Source of the DNA: Octopus sinensis
Taxonomy: Eukaryota
Direction of reading: 5' to 3'
DNA length: 64,000 nucleotides
Assembly (NCBI RefSeq): GCF_006345805.1
Contig: NC_043011.1
Location: 25,432,464-25,496,463, forward strand
Shown here piece after piece: positions 1 to 12,339 of this stretch. Below the pieces are notes generated by a model. That model did no database searches. It had not been told where the DNA came from and was given only the letters and a program-made list of their open reading frames with translations. Both the position numbers and the translations under genes were made by a program. Within the stretch, counting starts at the first letter, position 1; each line of letters starts with the position of its first letter.

Positions 1-39
1 GAAAGAAAGATATGTGTTCATCCAGTTAGGTATTAGCTG

Positions 40-574
40 AAACATATATGCATACATACATACGCACATACATACATGCATACACATATACATACATACA
101 CACACATACATACACACATATACACATACACACATACATATACATATATGCATACATACTCACATCCATACAAGTACATGTATACACGCATACATACATA
201 CATAAATACATACACACAAACAAACATATATACATACACACGCAAATATACATACATACAACATACATACATACATACATACACATACATGCATACATAC
301 AGACATGCATACACACATACATACACATACACAACAGCTATAGCCATCGGTGGATGGTTAAGTCAGTCCTGCAACTGAATAGTTTTCATCAAAAATTGAT
401 TAAGATGCCTTTTTTTTATTGTTTTGTTTGAATGAATGTGTGTGTGTGTGTGTGTATGTATGAGAGAGAGAATCTTATGTGTATATGTGTGTGTTAGTGT
501 GTGTTTAGTGTATGTGTGTTTAATGTGTGTGTGTTTGTTATTATGTGTGAGTCCAGTTCTATGTAGTCTGTTCT

Positions 575-610
<36 letters not shown>

Positions 611-1530
611 TTTAGTGTGTGTTTAGTGTGTGTGACAGAATCATATGTGTATATATTTCTTTACTACCTACAAGGGGTTAAACACAGAGGAGACAAACAA
701 GGACAGACAAAGGGATTAAATCGATTACATCGGCCCCAGTGCGTAACTGGTACTTAATTTATCGACCCCAGAAGGATGAAAGGCAAAGTCGACCTTGGCG
801 GAATTTGAACTCGGAACGTAACGGCAGACGAACTACGGCAATGCATTTCGCCCGGCGTGCTAACGTTTCTGCCAGCTCGCCGCCTAATGTGTATATGTGT
901 GTGTGTGTGTTTGTTATTATGTGTGAGTCCAGTTGTTTGTAGTCTGTTCTTGTGTGTGTGTGTGTGTTGTGTGTGTGTGTGTATACATGTCTGTGTGTGC
1001 ATGTTGAACATGTGTCTGTGTATTGGCATGTATGAATGTACATGTTCTATGTGAGCCTGTGTATTAGCATCTATATGTGTGTGTGAGCATGCACGTTGTA
1101 TGTGCGTCTATGTATTAACTTGTATGTGTATTCATGTGAGTGTGCATGCACATTGCATGCATGCCTGTGTCAGCATGTGTGTGTGTGTGCATGCACATTG
1201 CATATGTACCTGTATCACCATGTATGTGTGTGCACTTGGTCTCTGTATTAAAGCATGTGTATGTGTGTATGTGCATGCACATTGCATGTGTGCCTGTATC
1301 AGCATGTGTGCATGTGTGTGTGTGTGCATGCACATTGCATATGTACCTGTATCAGCATGTATGTGTGTGCACTTGTTCTCTGTATTGACTTGAGTCTCTG
1401 TATTGACACATGTGTATGTGTGTGTGTGTGTGTGTGTGTGTATGCATTTTGTATGTAAGTCTGGGCATTAGCATGCATGTGTGTGTGTGTGTGTGTGTGC
1501 GTGCATGCACATGTGCATGTGCGTATGTGT
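40..1530. repeat. Compound (TACA)n/(TG)n microsatellite field with degenerate TGCATG-rich minisatellite
   Basis: Direct reading; the ORFs here are H/T/Y/I or V/C/M low-complexity translations. Confidence 0.9.
655..885 (-). mobile_element. tRNA-derived SINE, family A (Meta-domain-like core)
   Basis: Minus strand reads GGCGGCGAGCTGGCAGAAACGTTAG...GAGTTCAAATTCC (A/B boxes), then GTCGACTTTGCCTTTCATCCTT..GGGGTCGATAAATTAAGTACC; related copies at ~2520-2712, 13850-14517, 26735-26915, 28095-28255, 32610-32812, 35793-36022. Confidence 0.85.
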
Positions 1531-1619
1531 GTGTTCTGGTCAATGCATTCAGTGATGGCTCATTAGAAACAACCTAACTGTTGTTATTGTTGACATTTTC
1601 ATTAACAAAGAAAACGTTA

Positions 1620-2385
1620 TCATTATTGTTTTAGTTACTGTCTTCAACACCATCATCATCATCATCACTATCGTCATCACCATCGTCATCACCATCATTA
1701 TCATCATCATCGTCGTCATCGCTGTCATCGTCATCACTGACATGGTTGTCATCATCATCATCATCTTTCGTTGTATAGCTGTACTGTCATCATTTTAATC
1801 CTGGCAACATCATAACCATGACAACATCTTAATTACTATCTGTCATCATCGTCACCACCAACACCACCAAAACCACCATCACCACCACCACCACCACCAC
1901 CACCACCACCACCACCACCACCACCACCACCACCACCATGATGATGACCATCATCATCTTCATCATCGCCACCGTCCTCATCATTATCGTGTTATTTTTC
2001 TGCATTGATTGTTATCTTTTCTGTTTGTGATTCTCTCTCTCTCTCTTTCTCCTTATACCTTCCTCTCTCTGGCTCTGTTTCTCAACCACTCTCTTTTCTC
2101 CTCTCCATTTCACCCTCTTACTCTCACTCTTTTTACTTCTCGCCATCAATCTGTTCCACTCACACTCTCTCCCTTCCTCTCTTTCTCTCTCTCTATCTCA
2201 CTCTATGTTGGTCTTTCTTCCTCTCTTTACTTCTCTACATCAATCTGTTTCTGTCTTTCTGTCGCACTGTCTCTGTCTCTCTCTCTCTCTCTCACATTTA
2301 TCTATTCTTTCTTTCTCCTATATGCTCTCTCTCTCCCCACCTTCTCATTCTCTTTCTTTCACTCATTCTCTCTCTCTCCCATTTC
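1620..2385. repeat. (CAT)n/(CAC)n and (CT)n low-complexity tracts
   Basis: Direct reading. Confidence 0.9.
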
Positions 2386-3029
2386 ATTTTATCTGTTAAA
2401 TTTAACTCTCCCTCCATCAAATAGCCATCACTCAGCCTACTTTTTCTCTTCATTGTCCAAACAACCTACAATCACTTGACCCTTCCTCTCTAAAGTATCC
2501 TGTAATAAAGCCTTCGAATCTTGGCATAAGAGCAGCAATTTTAGGGGCTGGGACAGGTTGATTACATTGACCCCCAGTGCTCAAATGGCATTTATTTTAC
2601 TGACACTGAAAGGATGAAAGGCAAAGTTGACTTTGACAGAATTTGAACTCACAGCATAAAATGCTGCTGAGCCTTTTCTCCAAAGCGCTAATGATTCTAC
2701 CAGCTTGCCATCTTAATTCTTTGTCTGTCCAAAGCATTTTCATGTTTGTCCTAAATGTCCATGCTTGTTTTCAGATTTATAGTTAACCCCTGTTTTATAT
2801 GTTCTGAGTATATAAGACTTTCTTTTCATAAGTCTCGAGTTACTCTGATGGTTGAGAAAAAACTGGGAATGTGTACCATGATATAATGCAGGAACATCAG
2901 GGAGATATGTCCTGTGTTTCGCATGTGATATGCAGGACAAGCAAAGGTTTAACCCATTAACATATAAACCAGCCACATCCAGTTTGAATATTTTGCCTGT
3001 TCATATTTTGGTAAAAGGACCAAAACATG

Positions 3030-4160
3030 AACACAGAAGAACCAATGTAGTCTTCCTCTCTTACATGCTACATTTGATTCCTCTTATGCTCAACTTTTCT
3101 CACAATACATTTGCACTTTGTTGTACATGTGCACTGATGTTGCACATCCAACTGAGCATTCTGCCTTCATTTCTCTCCAGTCTACACATGTCTTCTGCAT
3201 TCAGAACCCATGTCTCACTACCATGGAGTATAGCCATTCAAATACAAGCATCATATAGTCTACCTTTCACTCTGAGAGAGAGAGTCCTTTTGTTGCTGAC
3301 AGAGGTAATAGCTCTCTGAACTTCCTCCACCCAATTCTTAGTCTAGAAACATTACTTTCAGAGCATCTTCCTCCATTGCTAATTTGGGCACCTAGGTAAC
3401 AACCTCAAGAGAGCCTCTTGGGCATTTGAGAGAATCTAAGTCCTCTATGCTCTTAGTGCTTATTGTTCCTGCACATCTGCCATGTACAAAGGCAACCTTA
3501 TCTGTTAATCTACCTGTAATTCCATAATTTACATTGGGTGCAGTGAATAGAATTTCTTCCAACTCCTTTCCTACATATTGAGCAGGGCTATTTACCTGAC
3601 AGAAAGAGAGTTTTATCTTCTTTCTTACTAACAACAACTTTGGTCTTTGCTAGGCTCTTTAATTTCAGGTTTTGTTTCCATAACAAGGAATTTCTTCTCC
3701 AATTCTGCAATAAAGATTCTACAATAAGAGCAAGGTCATCAGCATATAGTAGTTCCCACAGGCATCCAATTTTGAATTCTCCAGGTTGACGAAGGCTAAG
3801 TACAATGGCTTACTTTTGGCCAAGTATGTTTCCAGCAGCTGTCTCATTAGGAAAATAGCATCTGTGGTACTCTTCCTAGGTACAAAACCAAACTGCTTCT
3901 CATCTAGTTTAATTCTATTCCTAATCAATTGAGCAATAACCCTCTCAGTAACTTTCATGACTTGGTCTAGCAATTTAATACTTCTGTGGTTGTTTCTATG
4001 TAAGGGCATTACCTTTACCCTTGTAACAGCTAACTATAATACTGCTATACCAGTCATTGGGGATGGCGTCTTCCTGAATAACTTGATTAACTATACGGGT
4101 GACTAAGCTGTATCATCCTACACCACTGGAAATTTTAATCATCTTGGCAGTGATTTCTGA
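3030..4160 (-). mobile_element. RTE-clade LINE reverse-transcriptase remnant (stops/frameshifts)
   Basis: Translations NHRSIKLLDQVMKVTERVI...QFGFVPRKSTTDAIF...LYLAFVNLE, YADDL, and downstream GWRKFRELLP...LHGSETW, typical of RTE RT and thumb. Confidence 0.85.
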
Positions 4161-4164
4161 TGGC

Positions 4165-5062
4165 CCAGTTGTTAAATACAAATCCACTTAATGAAAATAA
4201 TAGCCTTGATATTATTAGCACTAACCATTCTTTGAATTATAATAACAGCAATATTAGTATTTCTGATATATATTCCAATTGCAGTTACATCCTTAGCAGT
4301 AATTCTAATACTAGAAACTCTGTTTATCAATATAAAATTACTTCCGGGTCTGATGTCTTTTTTTATATAGGCAATTCTTCATCTCAGTTGTCCCAAAGAA
4401 TATTCAGCCATTACTCAACATTTAGACATATCAATAAATGCAACAATTCTGGGCTTAGTGAATTAATTTAGTCTCTAAAGGAACACAATAAACAATTTGA
4501 TTTGGAATTGAATTTTCTATCTAGGTCCTTTCTTTATGATAAAGGTAAATCTTTTTGTTTGCTCTGTAATGTGAACTGTATTTCATCCTGTTCTCAGAGA
4601 CTCCTCTTCTAAACACATTTAAAGAATGTGTTTATTATTGCAAACATTGGCAAAAACATACCTTTAGTTCCTATAAGTAATTTCTACTAGTCTATAAAAT
4701 TCGACCTTTAACTATCTCCTTACATTTCATTTCCACTAAATATATCTATTTCCATGCATTTAATCTTTATTCCTATTCACCTATTGCACTATATTTCTCC
4801 ACTCTTAGTTTTCTCCTAATTTCTTTCTTCCTCCGCCTTCTCTTTCTATAAATTGCCTTTGACGTTATATCTATTAATGTTTCTTTTTAAAAAATAACCT
4901 ACCAGCATTCCTTCATCATATATGTAGTAATTACATTAAGTTAAAATGCCTTATTGATGTGTTTTGTTTCTCTTTTTTCCCTGATGAGAAGATTTTATTA
5001 TTTTATACCATTTCATTCCTTCTGGAATAAAACCAATGTTTTCTTCAAAGCATATGTTGGAA
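4165..5062 (+). mobile_element. Penelope-like element 3' remnant: GIY-YIG endonuclease plus 3' UTR with hammerhead motif
   Basis: SVYQYKI...FYIGNSSSQLSQRIFSHYSTFRH...GLSELI*SLK...KSFCLLCN...LLN...CKH matches the PLE GIY-YIG pattern (VY..YIG, RxxxH, CxLC, CxH); ends at stop 4680. Confidence 0.8.
4977..5062 (+). ncRNA. Degenerate type I hammerhead ribozyme motif
   Basis: Stem I TTCC/GGAA, CTGATGA 4981-4987, stem II GAAGA/TCTTC, AAAG in place of GAAA, palindromic helix III CATATG, then TT; lies downstream of the PLE endonuclease. Confidence 0.6.
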
Positions 5063-5266
5063 GTATAAAGATTTGAATAACACCTGCATTTAACTCCATT
5101 TATTTATTTATATATGTTATACAAAAACATTTCACTAAATCCTTTGTAAGTAGACTGTTACATCCTTGGTACTTTTTTGATTTTTTGCTACCCTGGTAAC
5201 TATTTATTTTTTCCGTGTTATTTGTACACATTGCAAAAATACACATACACTTATATAGACATATAT

Positions 5267-5311
<45 letters not shown>

Positions 5312-5727
5312 CATATACATGTATGTATATATGTATATATATGAATGTATGTATATATATATGTATGTATGTGTATGTATATGTATATACGTGTGTGTGT
5401 ACATATGTGTGTGTGTGAATGTGTGTTTGCACTTCCTTGTCTTGACATCACCTGATAGCTGTGAGTGTCACTGTCATACAAGCAATGTCATTAATTTCCA
5501 GTTTCCTATGAAAGCTTATCCAGCCCAGGGAAATATCACTTTATTTGGAAATAGGTGAGGGTTAAGCAGTGAGATAGGGCATCTGACCGTTGGAAATCTG
5601 CCTCAACGAAATTCACATGGAAAGGTGGACATTAAAATAACGATGATGTTGATGATGATGATGATGATGTGATGATAACGATGATGATGTTGATGATGAT
5701 GATGTTGATGATGATGATGATGATGAT

Positions 5728-5763
<36 letters not shown>

Positions 5764-5818
5764 CTTTGCTTCTTATGTAAAAACCTCAATATTTTGTTTT
5801 TGCTTTCTTTGATGCCAG

Positions 5819-5959
5819 TGAAACTGAAACTATGTTTGGAAGAGAGGAACAGGATTCTGAAAAAGGAGCAGCTGGATTTGTTAAATAAGAGTTCCAAAGA
5901 GAACACAGTGGACAATTTCTTTGACAATTCCCAAATGGATAATATCTATAGCAGCAGTT
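5819..5959 (+). CDS. Candidate internal exon of an unidentified gene
   Basis: Pyrimidine tract + CCAG acceptor, GTAAGT donor, 141 nt, open only in the phase 1-1 frame (KLKLCLEERNRILKKEQLDLLNKSSKENTVDNFFDNSQMDNIYSSS). Confidence 0.35.
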
Positions 5960-6080
5960 GTAAGTATTGCGCTTTTTTAAAAAAACTATGGATAAAAAGA
6001 GATGTTGCAGCATTTATCTACATATGTATATTCATGTGTGTCTGTGTGTGTTGTGTGTGTGTTGTGTGTTGTGTGTGTGT

Positions 6081-6180
6081 NNNNNNNNNNNNNNNNNNNN
6101 NNNNNNNNNNNNNNNNNNNNNNNNNNNNNNNNNNNNNNNNNNNNNNNNNNNNNNNNNNNNNNNNNNNNNNNNNNNNNNNN
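6081..6180. other. Assembly gap (100 N)
   Basis: Run of n. Confidence 1.
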
Positions 6181-6308
6181 GGTCTTGCATATGGGCGAAT
6201 TGCTGGTCTCTCCCCATAAAACACCTTGCCCGGACTTGTGTCTAGGAGGGTAACTTTCGTAGGTGCAATCCCATGGTCATTCATGACCGAAGGGGGTCTT
6301 TATATATA

Positions 6309-6359
<51 letters not shown>

Positions 6360-6653
6360 TATATATATGCTTAGAGAATAATAAACTTTCAACAGGACAA
6401 CCACCAACCGTGCATGCTTCACTCACATTTCAGAAAAACTATGGTGAATCTATAAGTAATAAAGAAAAGTTCTACTTTGTCAGAAACTTCTAAAATGGAA
6501 GCCCTTTTTATAATAAACCGAAGTGTGTCATAACTGCATCAAACTCGTGAAGAGCAGAGGTATATCCATTACTTTATCTTTCTCGCATGCAATTATATGG
6601 CCACATGCAAAAAGTTAAGTCCAAATTTCCAAAATATTGTTAATATATAATGC

Positions 6654-6751
6654 AGGGAAATAGAGTTGTTAAGCATAATTGTGTAGGGAAATAGAGTTGT
6701 TAAAAGTCAGGGAAATAGAGTTGTTAAAAGTCAGGGAAATAGAGTTGTTAA
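6654..6751 (+). repeat. Short minisatellite, 4 x AGGGAAATAGAGTTGTTAA
   Basis: Four exact 19-nt cores with linkers GCATAATTGTGT, AAGTC, AAGTC. Confidence 0.85.
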
Positions 6752-7116
6752 ACATATTGGCATGTTGCCCAAAATTTAAAACATCTATTAGTGAAATAAC
6801 TGATCTTAAAAACCTCTGAGAAGATAATTCTTCATATGAAAGTCATGATGGGTGTGGAGGAGGAAACCAGTAGATTCATTTGGTCTAATTACAGCATCAT
6901 CAATAAGTGTTCCCTTAGATAGGTATACCTGTTGAATGAATGACTAATTGTGTTTTTGAAGCCACATATCAAATGTAAATGAAGAAAAATGTCATTTACT
7001 CTATTATATGCCAATAGGAATTGTATGCCAACCTGATCAGTTTGATTCAACAAGCATTGGATCCAAATATACAGGAAAGAAAACTACTACATTTATATTT
7101 CACTAACATGCATTAA

Positions 7117-7337
7117 CTCTCTAGCATTCAGAATACTCTGTCAAATGTAATGCTTATTTATTCCACTGTTTTGAATTAATCATGTAATATCTTGTAACCT
7201 TGAGATTTTGATGACATGACTTTTTATCTTTAGAATGATATTGTATAGTAGATATGAGAAGCTAGATCTGACCAGTTTGAACCTAAAACATGTAGAATAT
7301 TTTGGCTAGATATGGGCTGGTTTAAATGCTAAAGGGG
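7117..7337. mobile_element. piggyBac-type MITE
   Basis: TTAA|CTCTCTAGCATT ... AATGCTAAAGGGG|TTAA: imperfect TIRs with TTAA on both flanks. Confidence 0.65.
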
Positions 7338-7467
7338 TTAAGCAATAGATCTGATAGTACTTTAACACAGTTTATATACAAGATTATATGTGCAAATATC
7401 ATTAAGTGTGCAAATATCACCTCCTAGAACAGTTGCATGTCTCATATAAAAAAATATACAGTCAAAT

Positions 7468-7935
7468 ACAGGAGTGGCTGTGTGGTAAATAGCTTGCTTA
7501 CCAACCACATGGTTTCAGGTTCAGTCCCACTGCATGGCACCTTGGACAAGTGTCTTCTACTATAGCCTCGGGCCACAAAAAGCCTTGTGAGCAGATTTAG
7601 TAGATGGAAAACTGAAAGAAGCCTGTTGCTATATATATATAATATATATATATTATATATATGCATGTGTGTGTATATGTTTGTGTGTGTGTGTGGTGGT
7701 GTGTGTGTTGTGGTGTGTGTGTGTTGTGTGTGTGTGTGTGTGTGGTGTGAGTGTGTGTGTCCAACATCACTTGACAACTGATGCTAGGTGTTTACGTCCC
7801 CATAACTTAGCGGTTTCAGCAAAAGAGGACTGACAGAATAAGTACCAGGCTTACAAAGAATAAGTCCTAGGGTCAATTTGCTTGACTAAGGTGGTGCTCC
7901 AGTATGGCCACAGTCAAAATGACTGAAACAAGTAA
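7468..7935 (+). mobile_element. tRNA-derived SINE, family B (internal microsatellite)
   Basis: Head GGAGTGGCTGTGTGGTAA...GGTTCAGTCCC, body ACCTTGG.CAAGTGTCTTCTACTATAG, tail ...GACTGAAACAAGTAAA; other copies ~15345-15660, 18700-19010(-), 26155-26530, 27730-27890(-), 28420-28670(-), 33430-33590. Confidence 0.85.
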
Positions 7936-9229
7936 ATGAGTCATAAATGAATATCTTTTTCATCCTAAGTATGCTCTACCAGGACTGACCAATGATGAAA
8001 AAGATTAAACGACAACTACCTGAAGCTAATGATGGAGACCTCTAGGTGATCACATGAACTACTAGGAATAACAACCAACACTACATCAAGTTATAACTTG
8101 CTGTCTTGAAAAAGAGAAGGACACATTGGATATGTGATCCTAAATAAACTACATCTGAAACAAACAAAAAAGGAATAGGTCAAATCACATTTGTGATGGG
8201 GGAGGCCTTTTCTGATAGTTCTGCTAAATAAGAGCTGACTGAGGCAATCAACAGCACAAAAGCAATAAGAGCCTAAATTATTAAGTGCTGTCAATAAATA
8301 ATGTCTCATACTAGTTGATATAAGGACACTGTTTGGTTATTCAGTATGTGAGTGTGTAACATAAATATCCAAATAGGAAACATGATAATTACAGAATAAC
8401 AACAGCTGGCTAACTTGTTTCACTTGATTAACAGCAAATTTTAAACTATATTTAAAAAAAAAAACCCACTGGAAATAATAATATGAATGTGTGGAGGGTG
8501 TGTAACTATGAGAAAGTGTGCACACATATAATCATCATCATCATCATTATTATCATTATCATCATTATTAACATTTCATCCATCTTCCATGCTAACATAG
8601 TCAGATGGCTCAACAGGAGCTGGTAAGTTAGAGGACTGTGCCAAGCTCCAATATCTGCTTTGGCATGGTTTCTACAGCTGGTTGCCTTCCTAATGTCAAC
8701 CACTATACAGAGAGTATTGAGTGTTTTTTTTTTACATAGCACTGGCACCATTGAGGCAACTAAGTAACTCACAAGATAAGCCCCTCAATTAGGGAGTGTA
8801 ATAATGAAGGAAGTGGCTTTATGTTAGGTGATGAGAGGTTAAAGTTTAATAGAGGGACAGGAACACATGCCTAGCAGTATAGGAGATACTTGGGTACCCC
8901 AGTTGAAAAAAGAAGAGAAGATGGTAGTGATGAGATGTCAGGAAAATTCTCCCAGGTTACAAGACAGTGAATGTGATGGGATTAGAGACGAGAGAAAGAA
9001 ACAGATAAGTTCGTATAAGAGTGAGATGAGTGATAGAGAGGGATATAAGTGATGCAGTGAATGGCAAAAAGAGGGAGGGAGCATGATCAATGGTGAATAT
9101 CAGTTTGGCAGGGGAAGGTGATGGAAGTAGGAGTGGATCAAGAACAGAAAGGAATTGGGGTGGGATGGATGTGGGATGATATTGAGAATGCTGAGGGGGA
9201 TAGAGAATAAAGGAGATATCTTATAGAAG

Positions 9230-9695
9230 AGTAATTATAGAGATATCAAAGTGCTGGGCCAAGTTATGAAAGTTACAGTAAGAATTATAGCTCATTTAAT
9301 TAGGAAGAGAATTAACCTCGATTGAGATGCAGTTTGGTTTTGTGCCAGGGAGAAAACACTATTGATGGTCTCTTTCTAGTTAGGGGAAGGGAAACTGGTT
9401 GCACAAAAGTGTGGGGGTGAAAAATGTGCATCTCTGCTCTCATGTAATTACAATTACAGCGACTGAGTGCTATAGTTAGATGAATGATGGAGGGAGGGAT
9501 GTTAGAAGATGGCTTGTGAGAATGGCTAGAATGTAGGGCATATACTAAACCTTTGGCAAAAATACTACAATTGCCTAACTAGAAAGATATCATCAGTAGT
9601 GCTTCTCCCTGGTACAAAAACCAAACTTACATCGCATCTAGGTTAATTCTCTTCCTAATTAGATTCTTTCTGTAACTTCTATTACCTGGTTCAGG
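9230..9695. mobile_element. Two short RTE RT fragments in opposite orientation (~9230-9385 +, ~9575-9695 -)
   Basis: Both carry the QFGFVPG-x-STxD segment also seen at 3840-3980. Confidence 0.6.
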
Positions 9696-10645
9696 TCTAC
9701 CTACTAAAATCGTTGTTACCCTAGGTGCACAGCTAAAGGATAATCTCAGTGTATGTCTATTAAATATTTTGTTAAAATCTGTAGTGACGCCTGGTTCCAT
9801 ACGCCATTTGGGATTTTAATCCACGCATGCGCAGGGATTACAGTCTTCCGGAAGGCCTGCAGAAGCCCCTTATGCGCATGCACAGTCATCAGCAGCAGCT
9901 AGGCTGACCGCTATTCTCTCTCTTCCACCCCCTGCTGCCGACCGAGCCAGGTGCAAATGAAGGCGACCCATGACTTCGGCGAATCTGTGAAGAATGCCTT
10001 CACAATTGTGATTTAAACCAACTCTGCTGTTTCCACCCACTCCCTGGCATCCAGGCTACCGATGCCCAGAGATGAAATGTTATTTCGGCAAAATAAATTA
10101 TATTGTTATTTGTTCGGAGATTCTTGTTTCCGCTATTTTCTTTTCCACGACTAGGTAAGGAATTGTGAGACCACCCATCCAGTGCCAACCTTACTTCCTA
10201 CAAATCTGTTGGTACTGGGGAGGTGTCTATCAGCTAAACTAAGGAAGATCTACCTATTCTGGTTCTAACATTTAAAGAGAATGGCGGGTGTGAACCACTG
10301 TACTATCTGGTGGCACTTTCTTTGGTGGGGCTAGGGTCTGGCATGTAACTACTATTCTTTAAACTGCTGGCAGCCAGAGCCTGGTTGTAATACTGAGCAG
10401 CAGCATCAAAGATTTCTTTGCTTGAAGACAAGCTGGAGATTTCTCCTGCTGATGCCCTTAACCAGGTTCCTGAACACTATGGCTGGATAGCAGGAGCCTG
10501 TGTTAATGTAAGACATCTTCTCATTTGGTTCCTAAAGGGCCTATAAGCACCTGATTCCAGGTCCAGGGTCACATCAAGGAAATCTACCATTTCAGTCCAA
10601 GAGAGTTCATGGTGCCTGTGTAGTCCTTTCTGAGCCTATCCAGCA
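9695..10645 (-). mobile_element. Penelope-like element RT C-terminus/linker remnant, split by a solo LTR
   Basis: Minus translation MVDFLDVTLDLESGAYRPF..PNEKMSYINTGSCYPAIV...SSLSSSKEIFDAAAQYYNQAL, then QWF.PPFSLNVRTRIG..FLSLADRHLP, resuming after the LTR as FNKIFNRHTLRLSFSCAP; classic PLE motifs (FLDVTL, WFNPP, KIFNR..SYSC). Confidence 0.8.
9780..10202 (+). mobile_element. Solo LTR (423 bp, Gypsy-like 4-bp TSD)
   Basis: TGTAG...CTACA termini, AATC duplicated at 9776-9779 and 10203-10206, internal AATAAA, CpG-rich; cleanly interrupts the PLE coding remnant. Confidence 0.8.
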
Positions 10646-10981
10646 TTTGGCCATTAGCCCCCACCCCACAATTTATCCTTTACAGAAACAAAACAGCCCA
10701 ATGAACACAGCTATATATACCTACACACCAGGAAAAAATTATACCTATGACACCGCTACACATACCACACCCCACCCCTGCAGGAATACCACATTAATAA
10801 TATACACTTTCACCATTCAAGATAAGTCTTGCCAGCTTCACAGTATACTCAACCAAGGAACATAACTCCTAATCCAATCCCCTGGACCTTTTTCATTTCA
10901 CGCTTTTTCACAGCAGCCACTGATGGTTGTGCTAATCCACCTCCAACAATAGAGAGTAGTCGCCATATTCCCTTCCATATC

Positions 10982-11070
10982 CGCTATCTGATGAGCGTAA
11001 AGTTATATAATCAGATTGTTACCTTACACTCCATTGTATTCTTTATGTGAACCGATTAGTAAGATCAGCG
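10982..11070 (+). ncRNA. Degenerate type I hammerhead motif in putative inverted PLE pseudo-LTR
   Basis: CTGATGA 10988-10994, 8-bp stem II GCGTAAAG/CTTTATGT, GAAC for GAAA, GTA triplet, AGATCAGCG complementary to upstream CGCT-ATCT. Confidence 0.5.
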
Positions 11071-11253
11071 TGATGGTTATTTATTACCATAAAAATTCGG
11101 ATAATATAGCCACTCTACTGACAGATATACGACTGCATTTTCTCCCTGACTAATGGTCTCTTAGACAACTTACATATATGTATATGTATATGTATATATA
11201 TGTGTATATATATGCATGTATGTATATATATGTGTGTGTGTGTGTGCAACAGT

Positions 11254-11472
11254 TATTGTTTTACTGTGAGAAAAGTGCTGTTGAACTGTTAAGTGAAATT
11301 TAGTTATCAAAAAGATCGAATCTACGCTATGCCTGCATGAAACAACTACATACATACATACACACATGTGTGGGTGTGTAGTGGATCTTGCAGGCATGAT
11401 GTAGATTCGATCCTAGATAGCCAATTTTACATTAACATTTTCAACAGTACTTTTCTCACGGTAAAAACAATA
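11254..11472. repeat. ~100-bp-arm imperfect inverted repeat (MITE-like) with microsatellite spacer
   Basis: TATTGTTTTACTGTGAGAAAAGTGCTGTTGAA...GATCGAATCTAC..TGCCTGCA pairs with TGCAGGCA..GTAGATTCGATC...TTCAACAGTACTTTTCTCACGGTAAAAACAATA. Confidence 0.8.
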
Positions 11473-11629
11473 GTTTTCCTGTGACGTGCAGTGTTACGTT
11501 TGCCAGATGCCTTAGCTAAGCAAAATAATGTCTCGCCACTTGAGCTTTCTAACCTTTTCTATTTTACCAAAATCTAGAATTAATAACAAGAACCTCAAAC
11601 AAAAGTCAATTAGTGACAACGAGTTAGTA

Positions 11630-12128
11630 AGAACCCGAGTTAGGGAGAGCGACATCAGTTAGTGAACGGACATCTAGTGGCCACAAGCGGGCAGTCAATA
11701 TAGACAAATGGTCAGTGGGAGAAAGAAGTTTATAGTCAGCAACTATGGGACAACTTTCCACGACTCTACAACTTTTACTGGCTCAATTTCTTTTCTCAAA
11801 CAACATAATTCTATCTCTATCTGTGGATCACTACTAAGAGAACGTGTACACAAACTATACAAAAAATCTACGACATCTATCTTCACTTCGCATACTTTTC
11901 TATTTACTAATTATACATACCAAGCCGTCGTGGTTTGGGTTTTTTTTTTTTTGACAATGTAACGATAAATAAATATTTTCTTCACAACTTCAATCACTGT
12001 TCTTTCATCTTTACATAATGGCAATCAACGATGAACCAATCCTACAAACTGATATACCACTCCGACGTTCCATACTATTGTTTACAAATTAATTTCAACC
12101 GTTACAAAACAACACTTCTACCGTTACG
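11630..12128 (+). repeat. ~500-bp interspersed repeat, copy 1 of the inverted pair flanking GOT1 exon 1
   Basis: Homologous to the reverse complement of 15750-16214 and directly to ~62897-63361. Confidence 0.85.
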
Positions 12129-12339
12129 GATATCCTGGTGCTTATTTGATTACAATATATATTATATATATATATACTATATATATATTAATATTCTCCA
12201 GGCGACGGTAAAGAATACGCACACCCAGTGTTTAGGGTTAGCGTTAGCATTAAGAAAAAGAAGAATATAAATCTTTTGTCTGAAGTATTTTTAATTATTA
12301 ATTCATGTTCTGGGTTTCACCACTACCACCCTCACCAAG

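Noticed and set aside
26-2479. Numerous ORFs of 60-156 aa (also around 5100-5500, 16380-16840, 18900-19340 and mirrors)
   Set aside because: Translations of dinucleotide/trinucleotide microsatellites
6654-6751. CRISPR-like 19-nt repeats
   Set aside because: Linkers are 5-12 nt and two are identical; simple minisatellite
9780-11174. Single 1.4-kb solo LTR (TG...CA)
   Set aside because: No TSD at 11174; the true boundary is 10202 with AATC TSD, and the rest is PLE sequence
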